A stretch of 64,000 bases of DNA from Antedon mediterranea (Eukaryota > Animalia > Echinodermata), in assembly GCF_964355755.1 (NCBI RefSeq), contig NC_092675.1:29856912-29920911 (forward strand), read 5' to 3'. Below the pieces are notes generated by a model. It was not told where the DNA came from. It was given only the letters and a program-made list of their open reading frames with translations, and made no database searches. Position 1 is the first letter of the stretch. Each line of letters begins with the position of its first letter. Positions 22,942 to 36,674 of the stretch are shown piece after piece. The position numbers were made by a program, and so were the translations under genes.

Positions 22942-25280
22942 ATTTAAAATACAGATTACTTTCTAAAACTTTGGTTTGCTACGGTATTCGCTTTAAAATG
23001 TTTTAAATTATTTCTGTTTTATTGAGAAGCACCTGATCAAAATCTGATTCAATACCTGCAACAATTCATAATGCGTGAAGTGTCAGTTATAATATGTTAT
23101 TTCCAATTGAATCTTGTTTTCTGTTTTCAATTTGGTTTTTCTGTATGTACATCATAAAATCACCATAAAAAAAAATAAAATATTTAAATTAGATTGATTG
23201 ATTATAGACAGAAAAGTCGTACATTTGCTGTAATGTTGATGTGATAATCATGAATTCTGTGTAATATCTTTTTCTTATCTTTAAAAGTCTGACCAGTTAA
23301 AATATTGAATATAAATGAATAATTTCAGTATTCTGGATAAACAATTCTGTAGTAAACACAAAATGTAAATATATGGCGCCACTGCAATCAATAACTCGAC
23401 TCTTTAAATCTCTTTTAGGAGACATAAACATAAGAAAACGTGTTTATCCCTAAGTAATTACATATTATGTATATTTAATTTACAGACTGTATATTTATAT
23501 GTAATTAAGATAAATTAAACAAACAATATTTATTTTCCTATATTGGATTACCTTACCTTACAATGTCTTTTGATGACTGACAAAAAACAATTATTTTAAA
23601 ACGTGCAACAATATCTTACATTGCTTTCAAGTCAAAAATCTTAATGGTATCACAATTTTCAAGATTGAACAGTAAATCATACAGTTTGGTTTTCATAAAC
23701 TTGACCAACAAGTAATGGATTAATTCCCAGCCACCCCCCCACCCCCCCCCCCCTGATAAGAAAGTGCTTATTTTCAACAAGATCATGTGACACAAATAAA
23801 ATTCCAACAAATATGAAACATAAGGGAAACTATAGACTGATAATTATTGGAATGTATGATAGACATTTTTTCCCGCACATGGCGTTTGTCTTTCTTTCCA
23901 TTCAGATGGACCGTGTAGTCATACGTCACAGCTGAACAACTCTGATAACGACATTATTTGAGGAAGCTTGTATCTTGCGATAATAAATAAATTCACAAAA
24001 CGTTATATCTATCAAAATTGCTGAAAGTATATGTAGGCCTATTGAAGAATGAAACGCGCTTTAATTTTACCATTTTTACTTATTTTTTAAAACTTTATTT
24101 CAACCATTTATCTAGAAACACTAAACAGAAATTACATGATTCCCCACGATAATTTTAATGCAAACAGCAAGAGCAAGCTTTCAGCCAACCATGCCTGCAC
24201 CATGGTTGCTTTTGAAGCGTTACTACCGTAGTTATAGCCCTTTGCAAAACATACCAAAATTCCCATGTATGAAATTCCAAAAAACACCCCTAAGAAAAAT
24301 AATGGTATCGCCTAAATTCGATTGGTACAAAAAGATTTCACAAAAACAATTCACAAATTCTTTTTCGTTTTTAAGGGCAAAAATCACACACCTGTTACCA
24401 TGGCAACCGTTTGTTTTCAAAAATATTTTGGTTTTGTTATATATAAGTGTGATTAATTAGTATGAAGAAAATTAATTTTTTTGGCATTTGGCCACTTTTT
24501 AATGAAATAGTTCGATGTTTTTGTGGGTCAACCGCTCTTAAATATTCTAGGCTAATATATTATTATTAGTGATTGATTTAGAAATCACAATCATAGAGGA
24601 TTATTGCCTAAGAAAACTGGCTCTATGTCATGAAAAAGCATATTAAGCCTCAGAAAGTATTACAAATATTTTATATTTAAAAAATCTAAATTTTGAAAGT
24701 ACAACTTGATTAGTAGAATGTTTGTTATCGAAATCACTAATTTAGTTGAGCACATACTGAGCACATACTAAACTGACTTTTTTGGAGTTTGTTTATGGAC
24801 ATATGGAGATACATACAGTTAAAATAATGTATGATCCACCTGTAATACGACAAGATAACATACAATATAATATGTAATGATTGTTGCATATGGCATGTGT
24901 TGTAAGGAGTTTTATTAAATATTATAATTATAGTAGTACTTCAATGTGTGTTTGTGTTTCTGTACATCCATTACCAGTCAACAGACAACTCACAGATTAA
25001 AGAGAGCATGCAAAGTAATAACACTAATACAGGCAATTAAGAAAACAATTTCATATTATAGCTTCCATGTTTTACACACAAAATTAGCTTATTAAAAAAA
25101 GAAATTGATAATGATTTGTATATGACGTTTTTGATTGGTTCATAGTTGAGTGGGCGTGACTATTTATACGTTACGGTTGAATGATCACCGTAGTCAGCTG
25201 ATAACTTTGTTTTGTTGTGTGTAGAGTGTGCATATGAGAGTGTGTCACATGTTTTATTTACACCCTGAACAAAAATTGCA

Positions 25281-28200
25281 ATGGCGAATTGGTTTATGAA
25301 GACGATTTACTCTGTAATTTTAGCAATAAATTCTATTTTATATCCCGCATCTGTGTTTTCAACAGATACAGAGTATGGTATTGGTATCGGTATAGCCGAC
25401 ATTACGGGCCCTGCGGCTGAAGTTAATATGGTATGTCGAATTTAGTTGTTTAGACTTAGTATAGGCTCTAGCTAGCCTCTAGTAGGCCTAGCTCACACTC
25501 ACAGTCACTCACTCTGGAGCAAGAGAGACCCAGCCAGGACTAGAGAGTACAGTGAGTGTATATAGTATAGATTAGTAGGCCTTCTTCTTAGATCTAGGTC
25601 TTTAGCCTAGTCTGATCTGAATTACACTACTGTAGCTAGGGTACAATTTTTGTTTTCAAAAATAATAAATCATTTTGGACGGAAAATCGAGTCATTCAAC
25701 AAAGAGCTACCAAATCATTGTCAGAAATAAAACATTTGGCATATCCGTATAGATTGAAGTTTTTGGGTTTACCTACACTGGAGTACAGACGATTAAGAGC
25801 GGATATGATCCAAATCTTCAGAATTATAAATGGTCTTGACGTTATAGAATGCAGAAAGTTTTTTACATCTGTTGATTGTCATGGAACTAGAGGTCATGAA
25901 TACAAGTTATATAAAAACAAGTTTAGGCTTAATTCCAGGAAGTTTTCCTTCAGTTGTAGAGTTGTGGACTCGTGGAATAGCTTACCATCTAATGTTGTAA
26001 AAGCTCCAAATTTAAATCTATTCAAGTCACTCCTCAATGATCATTGGAAGTCCCTTGACTGCAAGTTTACTTTTTCACATTTATAAACACTTTGGAACAT
26101 TATGTGTACACCCGGAGCCCTATGTACCTATATTTTGGTCAAAAGAAGACAGGAAGGGTCATATAAGCTATATTAGCTTTCTAACCGACCCAAAACATCA
26201 AGCAAGTATTATATCTGAAGAAAGAACAATGATTAAAAAAGTCCAGTGGTGTTTTTTGAAATAAGGATTTTCAAGAATCAAATACATTTATTTATTTACT
26301 TATAAGTTGTTTAATTTGTATATAGATGGGTTATGCAATGCCTGAACAGAAGTCGAGTGGAATCCATCTACGCCAGTTCAGCCGTGCTTTTATCATTGAA
26401 GATAAGAACAGTTCAAATCGAACCGTGTTTGTGTCAATTGACGCATGTATGGGAGCTCAGAGTGTCACCTTAGAAGTGAGATCATTACCTTTAAAATACA
26501 ATTTTGCTTCATACTTTAATAGTTTTCATTACTTATTTGGCCAAAATAATAAGTTTTATGTTCCTATGTCGCTCTCTGTATTTGTTTTAAAATTATAAAT
26601 TTTTTTGTAGGTTGTAAAGAAGCTGAATGTTAAATTTGGCAACTTATACACAGAACAGAACTTGGTAATCAGTGGAATTCACACACATTCTGCTCCTGCT
26701 GGATTCCTTCAGTTTGTTCTTTTTCAAGTTACTTCTCTTGGCTTTGTCAATCAAACCTACACTGCACTTGTGGACGGTATAGTAGAGGTGTGTGCTATCT
26801 TAAGCTCTGTCTATACTATTAAACTAGTTTGACAAAACAAAACAAGTGTGATGTGCCCAAATATGGAGTGATATTCCCAAATATGGTAGTAATAATAACA
26901 TCATTATGTCCATATAAGGATGGGCACATCACATTTTTATGTATTATGGTGTAAACCAAGCTTTACACCAGTTTTCTTCATTCACACTTATTCCGTTTCA
27001 CGGTGCGAAGGATAGCACTGTTTTGTTAAACAATGGAAAATAGTATATAAAATTGAATGGCGCCATATTCCATTCTGTGAAACGGAACAGATATAAATGT
27101 AGCTTAATTCAGGCTCAGTTATTAATAAATAATAGTTTGTCTTATTACTTGCAATACAGATTTTTGCCAGAAGAATTTATTAATTTAAAATGACTAATTT
27201 ATTATATTAACAAATATATTTACAAATGTTTTTGATGTTCAGAGTATAACAAGGGCCCATGAGAACATTGTTGACGGGAATGTTTACATGAATTCTGGTG
27301 AATTGCTTGAGAGTAACATAAACAGAAGTCCAAGTGCTTACGAAAATAACCCAGCTAAAGAACAAGCCAAGTAAGTTGTGCATTAATATGTACCTAAGGC
27401 TCGCCAATAACTATTTGTAATTTGTATTTTAAATATATAATGTATAAATAAAACGGAGCCTATTGCGTTTTTGCAATCTGAATTTTTAATAGTTTTTTAA
27501 CAGTATTTTAACATATAAATAGTATTTTAACATATAAGTAGTATTTTAACATATAAATAGTATTTTAACATATAAATAGTATTTTAACATATAAATAGTA
27601 TTTTAACATATAAATAGTATTTTAACATATAAATAGTAATTTAACATATAAATAGTATTTTAACATATAAATAGTAATTTAACATATAAATAGTATTTTA
27701 ACATATAAATAGTATTTTAACATATAAATAGTGTTTTAACATATAAATAGTAATTTAACATATAAATAGTATTTTAACATATAAATAGTAATTTAACATA
27801 TAAATAGTATTTTAACATATAAATAGTAATTTAACATATAAATAGTATTTTAACATATAAATAGTATTTTAACATATAAATAGTATTTTAACATTGCAAT
27901 TCATGTATGTATTTTTCTTCTTCTTTATTGTCTTAATTATGCTAAGCAAAATGAATTTTCATTTTAAAGGAGACCAATAAAATTTCTTGAATCATTCGTT
28001 ACTTTGTATTATATGCTATGTAAGAATTGCATGCAAGTGGCTTCATTAATTCATATATTCAATGTTCTGTTCCTCTATAGGTATAAATACAATGTTGATA
28101 AAACTATGGTAGTCTTGAAACTTGTGGACGCTGATGGTACAGACATTGGAATGATAAAGTAAGTTTGAATACATACCCCTGAGCCAGCAGGGCTATAGCC

Positions 28201-31200
28201 AGCATCCCAATTCCCCAGCACACAGCACTTTGCCTTGTCTGTTTTTAACTCTTGCTACAGCATTGGTCAGGCTTATAGTGCATTATGCAAAACAACTCAA
28301 TGCGCTTAACAATAAAAATAAGATGCCAGAAAGAAAAGTACAAGTTAAAAAGGTATGATCAATAAAAATTTCAAATTTTGAATGTAAGACTAAATGATAA
28401 GAAGTTAATCATTTTTTCTTAAATTAATTTCATTTGGTATTTATTTAACTATTCATTCACATTATATTCATTTATTTTTTATTCTGTAATCGAATTTACA
28501 TAGACACCATTACAGATACAAAGCGCTTAAACTAATATACATAATTGCATTATAAAACAATACAATAATAATAATACAAAAGTCAATGGACCACAAACTG
28601 GTAATATGTGTACATTATATTGGTATTACATTTTTATACTATTATTAATAACATTTTACTAAATAAGTGATAAATGTGGCAATGTTTTAGTTGGTTTGCA
28701 GTTCACTGTACAAGTATGAACAACACCAATGGACTAATAAGTGGAGATAACAAGGGATATGCGTCATTCTTAGCTGAACAACATTTTAACAAAGGAGTCG
28801 CTCCAGGCAAGGTAAACATTCACAAACTCTAAAATATTCATTACTGACCCTTTGAGCCTCAATAAATCGTATTGTAAGTATATTACCAATTTTTTATTTT
28901 GTTTTTTTTCTTTAAATTTGAAAGGGAAAATTTGTTGCAGCGTTTGCTCAGAGTAACCTTGGCGATGTGTCTCCCAATACTGATGGTGCCAAGTGTATAG
29001 ATACTGGCAAACCATGTGAACGTAATAGTAGCACCTGTGATGGAAAGGTAATTAGCATAAAATAACAAGTGTTTGATTTCAATTCACAAACAAAATTAAT
29101 AACTTTGCAGGAAATATGTAAATTAATTTGTAAATAAATAGGAGGAAATTTATGAATTGAATATTTATTTTATGTTTTATTCTTATTTTAGAATGATAAT
29201 GAAAGGTGAATGAATAATGATATTAATTGTGTGTTTTTTTTACTTTTTAAAGGTGGAAAAGTGTATAGCAAGTGGGCCAGGTGTTGACATGTTTGATAGC
29301 ACTAAAATTATAGGAACAAGTCAGTACAAAAAAGCAATGGTAAATCATTTAAATATCCTTTTTTTATCATTAATTTTATATTATCCGATTTTTATTTCCA
29401 AGACAATGTTTGTCATGTGAAGCATGTCCACCATTAAAATTAAAGCACTTTATTACTTGGGGGCCTGTTTGCTGGGTCATGTCCTGACCTGTGTGTCACC
29501 TTCCATTCAATTGGTTGTTACCCTTTAAGTGTATAAATTCAGGAACATTGCGGCGCGACCTGATAATTGTAAATGGGGTTAAAGTTTTCCCAAAGTGAAT
29601 TACGATGTAAAGATATAAACAAAAGTATTAATGCTAATATTTTATTTATCATAACATTATTGTTTTATTTATCATAACTCTATCATTTTATGTAATGTAA
29701 TATTCATTTGCAGGAATTATACACAAGTGCAACTATTAAATTGTCTGGACCTGTTCAATTCATTCATCAATTTTTGGATATGACAAATATGACTGTGAAA
29801 TACAATGATACATACAAGGTAATTATCACTCAACTTTCTTTCTTTATTTCCATTCACAAAATCATAAACATACATAAATATCATTACAAAACAAAACAAT
29901 GAAAAGAGGATAATCTCTGAAGCATAGCTTATTATACAATAAATAATCAAAAGAAGTCCTAAATGTAATCCATTCCTAGAAACACCTAGTTAATAAAAGG
30001 GTCATTAGAATTCTGTTTTAGAATTCCTAAATGCAATCCATTCCTTGATAATGTTAACAGATTGAGATGCGATAAAGAATAGCATAGCAAATTAAAGGTT
30101 CATTAGAATTCTGTTTTTAAAATCAAAATGAAATATGTCATTCTGAATAAGGTATTATATATTTCTTTTTTGTCCTTAAACAAAGAATCAATCTAGACTA
30201 TTAATAAAATGTTGTTTTGATATGATTTTAGGGTAAAACGTGCAAGCCAGCTATGGGCTTCAGCTTTGCCGCAGGTACAACTGATGGTCCTGGTGCTTTT
30301 GATTTCACACAAGGTAAAGCCTTATCCACACTATCAAACTTTATGTGACAAAAAAATGTGATTTGCCCAAATATGGAAGTGATATGATATCATCCGTAAT
30401 TTTACACAGAGGCACCTCATTTGAGAAACAATCTCTTATTTGCTAATTCATATTTAGTTTCTATGTTATATTTTATTTTAATGATTGTATAAATTGTAAA
30501 TTATTCAGGTGACACAGAAGGCAATGCATTCTGGAATGCTATCCGAGATTTGATCAAGGAACCCTCAGATGAACTTGTGGAATGTCACAAACCAAAACCA
30601 ATCCTACTTCCAACTGGAGAGGTAAGTTAAATAGGAGGCAAAACTAATTTCCTCTTAATAATTTGATAATAATTTAAAATTTTCAAGTTTTTTATATTTT
30701 AAATAATAATAATAATATTAAAATCTAGATTGATTTTCCGTATGCCTGGCAACCAACCATCGTGGATACTCAGCTTACTCGTCTCGGACAATTGTTTATT
30801 ATCGCGGTACCAGGAGAATTTACGTAAGTTTGCCAATTATACGATTCAAAAACTGAATTACAGAATTTGCCTTGTTACTGGACATACAATGCTATATGTG
30901 GAGAACAGAGAATTTGGTAGGCATCAAATGATAAATTGTTTCATCTTTATTCGGCACTTCTCATACTGTAGACCTTCTTTTGTTATAACTTTACAAGTGT
31001 TTCTATATATCCGTTTGCAGGACAATGTGCGGTCGAAGATTGCGAGACAATGTGCTTCAGGTATGTACAATTTCGCACTATTTGGAAATGTATAATGCGT
31101 TTTTCTTCTCATGGTACTTACTAGTTTCTTGTGGTCATTGCAGGTTCTTGTAGCCAATGGACTAAAAGCAGATTCTACTAAGGTGCTTATTGCTGGACTT

Positions 31201-33592
31201 TCAAACACCTATAGTGATTATATAACCACTTTAGAAGAATACCAGGTGGGTACCTCATTAACATCTTATTTGCATATTTGTACTGTATTTAGTCAACTTA
31301 AATAATGTTTTTAATCCTCTGTTATTACAAAATGATTTCGGCTAATCATATTTTGTACGAATATCATTAGTATTTCATTCTTTTTAAAAATTAGAGTGTT
31401 ATTGTTACAGGTACAGCGTTATGAAGGGGCATCAACCATCTTTGGACCCCACACATGCCAGGCATATATTAATCAGTTTAAAGCATTAGCTGAGGCTATG
31501 ATTAAGGTACGTTTTTATAAGATACAATTTGCACCTTTTCATAATGTAATTAAGTTTATTTAAAAGAGAAATCATGAATCACTATATTTTTTAATAGTCT
31601 TCATTCTTCCTTTTTTTGCTTAGAATACCAAATTGCCAGCAGGACCAAAGCCTAAACTGTTACTTGATGATCAATTATCATTTGTAACTCCAGTCATTTA
31701 TGATGGTAAGCCAATCGGCAAGGAGTTTGGAGATGTTTTAACGGATGTTGTTGCTGATTACAAGAGGGTAAGATTGGTTGATTTATTTTTATTTCAACAA
31801 TATTTTACGAGGGTGGTCCATCCAGCCAAAGCTGATCTTTAAGGACACTCACAAAAATACAATATGACAAAGAGGAGGTGCATCCAGCCGAAGCTGATCA
31901 TTAAGGACACTCACAAAAATACAATATGACAAGATAAACATGCAAAAATTCAAATTAGATTAAAATAAATTGAATTTATAAAGATAAAAAAAAAAAAATG
32001 CACATAATAAATAGAATCGAAAGGGAAATCAATTAAAACAATGAATGCAAATAAAATGCCCATCTCATAGAGAAAAGACAAAAATTGACAGAAATTGAAA
32101 ACAGAAATTTACTTTTAAATGTTGTTTGTTGTATAACCAGGGAACATGTTTGTTTTACAACCACCTACAACTGGTTCATATACCTATCAAAACCAAGGAA
32201 GACTTGTAATAAGACTTTGTTTATGTAGAGCATCTTGTGTATATGTTTGTTTGAGGGTCCCTAATGATCAGCAATTGCTGGATGGATCACCCTCTTTAAA
32301 TATGGTAAAAAAAAAAAAAAAAGATACTAAAAATGACAGCCATGTGGCCATAATTTTATAAGAACATGAAGAGTAAACCAAAATTAAGCATGTTTGTTAT
32401 TATTTCTCTACCAACTTGTTTTCTTATATTGTTTTGTATCATCATTAAGTTCAGATATTGTTTCTATAGAATACGACAGTGTCTGCTACCTTCCAAGCTG
32501 GTAATCCAAGAAATAATCTGAAAGTAAGTTTTTTTTAATAGATTGGTTTTAGAAAATTTAGTATGTCCTGTTTAGTAGGTCCTGTAGAACAGTATAGTGT
32601 GTTTTATTCTCTTAATTCTCTTTAATTTGATAATACTAGTCTCACTTTCAGGAAATTTCATTTCTAAATTGCACAAACTGCCCTCTGACCAACAACATGA
32701 CTTGGAAAATAATGTCAAATTGTTGTAGGTAAAATATTATATATTATCAACTGCCACTAAAATGTTGATAATACATTGTTTATATTACAGACTGGGGCTA
32801 CGTTCTTATCAGTTGATTACCAAGATAATAGCGGGAAATGGATTCCAAGATATACAGATGCTGATTGGTCTACAAAGTATGAAATAATTACTAATTTATT
32901 CATTTTTTCATTCAACTTTGTTTTTACAAGAGTAGCTGTAACAGCTGAATATTTTTATTTAGTAGCACAAAGAATTTGCATGGCTTTAGTCATGTTACCA
33001 AGTGAAGTTAAGCTCTGTCTACACTATCAAACTAGTTTGACAAAAAAGTGTGATGTGCCCAAATATGGTAGTGATATGCTTAAATATGGTAGTGATGGTG
33101 ACATCATCATATATATGGGCACATCACATTTTTTTGTCACATGAAGTTTGATAGTGTAGACAGAGAAGAGTTGTCAAAACAATATAGATTACCTGATAAC
33201 TTAACCAATGTAAAAGTCCTACAAAGTAGGAAGCCTTTTGCCACTTTCCCCCTGACTGTCTATATTTTTATACTACTTTACAATCACTTTGATTTGTATT
33301 GCATAGAAATAAAGTTCATCAAAACAGACATGTAAATATTCAGAGAAAGTGTATGTTATTATTAATACATTAATGTTCATATTTAATGATAAACATTATT
33401 CAATTTGACAGGTTCATTTGGAAGCGGACATCAACGATTCTTGGTCAGAGTGAGGTGACCATTGAATGGACTATTCCAAGTGATGCTCCAATCGGAACGT
33501 ATCGTTTGAAATACTATGGAGACCACAAACAAGCTGTCACAGAAACAGTACACTCATTTGAAGGCGTCTCCTCTTCTTTCAAAGTTCACTAA
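25281..33592 (+). CDS. ASAH2: Neutral/alkaline ceramidase paralogue 2, 19 coding exons
   Basis: Exons 25281-25430, 26326-26475, 26611-26787, 27243-27370, 28081-28158, 28691-28811, 28925-29047, 29253-29339, 29714-29818, 30232-30313, 30509-30621, 30729-30823, 31021-31060, 31144-31245, 31411-31506, 31624-31767, 32470-32523, 32791-32876, 33412-33592. Same intron positions and phases as paralogue 1. Motifs IHTHSAPAG, WFAVH, NLGDVSP, VPGEF, YSDYITTLEEY, QRYEGAST, GTYRLKYYG. Confidence 0.95.
25670..26210 (+). mobile_element. CR1-clade LINE 3' fragment in ceramidase 2 intron 1
   Basis: YRLKFLGLPTLEYRRLRADMIQIFRII...TRGHEYKLYK...FSFSCRVVDSWNSLP, homologous to the ORF at 559-960. Confidence 0.88.
26803..26963. 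mobile_element. MITE family A copy (right end degenerate)
   Basis: AGCTCTGTCTATACTATTAAACTAGTTTGACAAAA...GTGATGTGCCCAAATATGG. Confidence 0.7.
27502..27894. repeat. 19-bp minisatellite, ~20 copies
   Basis: Unit AGTATTTTAACATATAAAT with AGTAATT variants. Confidence 0.97.
31780..31935 (-). repeat. ~62-bp tandem duplication, probably a LINE/SINE 3' tail
   Basis: CATCCAGCC.AAGCTGATC.TTAAGGACACTCACAAAAATACAATATGACAA occurs at ~31819 and ~31881. Confidence 0.6.
33011..33166. mobile_element. MITE family A copy
   Basis: AGCTCTGTCTACACTATCAAACTAG ... AGTTTGATAGTGTAGACAGA. Confidence 0.85.
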
Positions 33593-34459
33593 TAATATCA
33601 ATTTAGGGTAGTTTACTTGATTTATAAAATCAGTGACGTTTTGTTCCAATTAGCAAAGGAACCCATAAAATTGATATTTGATTTCAAGAGCTGTTACCTT
33701 GTAATTAAGTAAAGTAACAAAAAATAAGTATAAATGTTGTTAAAACTATAACCAAATATGAAACTTTATTATCCATTAATAAATAGAAGTTAAAAGTTTA
33801 AAAGTTAAATAATAAATGTAAAAAAGAATTTAAAAGAGATTATTTAATTCAGCTTTTTGTAATAACAGTACTAATTTAGATTGCTTTGTCACCAGTTAAA
33901 AACATTTATTTTGTTAAAATATCATATTTGATATGATTGATGTATTTGTATATGATAAAAGTATACACTGAGATAGTAAATATCTAGTAACAATAAAATA
34001 CCATTTTGATGGAACAATTAAAGTGCTTAAAGAAATAATTATGTTCTATATGATTTTATTTGTGCTTTTATTTATTTTGCTCTCATGAGATACAAATATT
34101 TATTTATCGACATAAATAATTATTGACTTGGGCGTGTCTAGAAATATAAATAAATGCATTCATTTAGCACACTATTATTTTTCTTTTGTAAATACACATA
34201 ATTCTGTTTACTTTATGTAACAAAAAAATCTGATGCCCATGTCATATCAGTACCATATTTTGGCATTTGACTACCCTATTTGGGAACATCACACTTTTTG
34301 TCAAACTAGTTTGATAGTGTACAGAGTTTTATTTCAAAACATATCAGATATTGTATAATAAGTAGTGGTTGCAAAAAATAGTACTAATATTTATAATATA
34401 TGGAGAGGGCGCTTTTCAAGAAAGAAATTTGACCTTGTTCCCATCTTCATTTTCGAGTA

Positions 34460-34642
34460 GATCGCGAGTAGCGTGACGAAGAAGGAAATCCGATCCCTGT
34501 GTTTAGCAGCTAAGCAGCAAGCCTGCTTCGAGGAGGAGAGTTTCTGGAAGAAAGTGTACACGTTGACACTTTAGGCACGTAGGCCAGAGCTTAGCCACTG
34601 ACAATTTGCTTGGTTTTAGCAGTCATAACGCTTTCTGCAAAG
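34460..34642 (+). other. Probable non-coding first exon of the P4HA gene (start approximate)
   Basis: Locally GC/CpG-richer segment ending in a strong donor CAAAG|GTAAGT. The next acceptor (36667) lies 7 nt before the ATG. Confidence 0.55.
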
Positions 34643-36674
34643 GTAAGTGTATGCTCTTCTAGGCTTAACTTAGGCGTAAGTACAGGTATTTAACATTACC
34701 GTTTATTAATATTATCGTTATTATGAATATGAGTGAGGTTCCGTATCGTAAAGACAGCATAACAAATATTATTTATTTGTGAAAGCTAGGTTATCAGTTA
34801 TCGGTGTTTTGCTTAACTGACTTTTCATTGTCTGGCTGGTGTGTTAATCAAAACAAACCAGGACCAAGAACTTATATTACACATGTAGTAGACTGCAGTA
34901 GGCCTAAGTTTTAATATTTTTTAGCATTGATACACCTTTACTTTATCAGTAGACTTATTTAATTACAATTGTTAATGTTAGTGTCTACAGCCTACAGGAT
35001 TTGGTATAATAGGCCCTAGCCCACGTTTTTGTTTGTAAGAGCAGATTTTGCTTGTAAACTAAAAAGGTCTAGTGCTATTATAATACATTGTCATTGTGAG
35101 TAATTATTGTAAGTTTTAACTTTGTTTGTAACGATCAGCTTTCAAGATTAAAATTTGTGCTTTCTATTTCAGAAGGACATTGTGAATTGATTGCATAATA
35201 TCTACTGTACAGTATAAAGTAACTTTTAATTGTTAACTCACGACGTCTACCGGAAGCAATCAAGGGTTAATAAACAAACTAAATTTGAGGGTTGGTAAAC
35301 AGTTTTTGAAATACTGTATGCTAAAAGGAAAAAAAATACTGTAAAAAAAATACAGTAGTACTCGTACAGTAGTTCATATTTCTCAGTAAAAATTAAACTT
35401 TTAAAAAGTTTATTTTTTCTAATCTGTATTCGTTTAATAACTACTGGTAAAGTAAATTACTTTTTATGAAAAAACTAAAAATGATACACATGGAAGGAAT
35501 ATATAGGAATGAATGAAATAGTATAATTGGCTCTTGTACTATTGGTATAATTGATTAAAGTACAAGATTTTGTACTTTACTCCATGGTTGAAGTAAATTG
35601 TTTCAATGTACCACTGATGCATTAACATGTCACATTCCCTGAAGACCCCAACAGACACTGTAACCTTTGAAAACCCAGTCAATTCCTGCATATTTAATAA
35701 TTCTGGTTTTATCTGTATCCTTGATTGTCTGGTGGTTATTTTGTATAGACATCATTGACAAAAATATTGTAGAATTTAAACACTATGTTATACAGTAACT
35801 GATTAGCATACATGTGTAATTAATATTAAAACAAGTCAGTATGTATGTCTATATACGGATGTGATGAGGACGGATTATATACAATATTTGGAGTTAATAT
35901 CTTGTAAGGAAATTGAGTCTGACAACTCTTATAACTGAAAAGTAAGCCAAAATCACACATCTTGAAAAATAAGGTAAAAGAAATAAATTAAAACCTCATG
36001 GTCCAATATGGTTAATATATACAGTACTTGCAAAACATTTTGAGAAGATCTGTATTTTTTCTGTTACCAAATGCACTACTGTATCTTATAAAATATGTAC
36101 ATTGGTATATGTGATGTGATATTAAATAGTTGTGAAGTTTTAGCAGTAACCTGCAAGTACAGATAATATCATTATATCTTTTGAACTATAATGATTTGGT
36201 GTCATAATGTCATATTTGCAATTGAGTGAATAGTTCCAACAGGTGTGCTCTAATAGTACTCTCAGTAGATCTTACAAATCTCCAAGGCTTTCCTTTGATG
36301 ATGTATACTATACAGAGGGTCTCTCAACTTATAAAAAGAAAGCTTTATCAGATAAATGTTTTATTGAATTGCAAATTTCAATACATATTGTCAGGAAAAA
36401 TTTCATTCAAACCTACATTATGCTTGTCTCTCTTTCCTTTTCTGCTAGTGGCCAGGCATTACAGTTTACTAGTATGACAGTAATAACTCAGGGATTCTTG
36501 CAATCCTCTATTTCAGGGCAGTATAGTAAGCAAAGAATACGGTATAAAGCCCAATATACTGTACACCGTTAAACTGGTTATTATCGGGATGATTTTTGTG
36601 ATTTTTGTCCTGAAACGAAAGATCACTATTATGGAAAACTAAACATAGATATTTCTTATCTTCACAGAGTCACA

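Noticed and set aside
24394-24407. Perfect RFX X-box GTTACCATGGCAAC upstream of ceramidase 2
   Set aside because: It sits in what looks like a DNA-transposon remnant ~870 bp from the ATG, with no supporting evidence.
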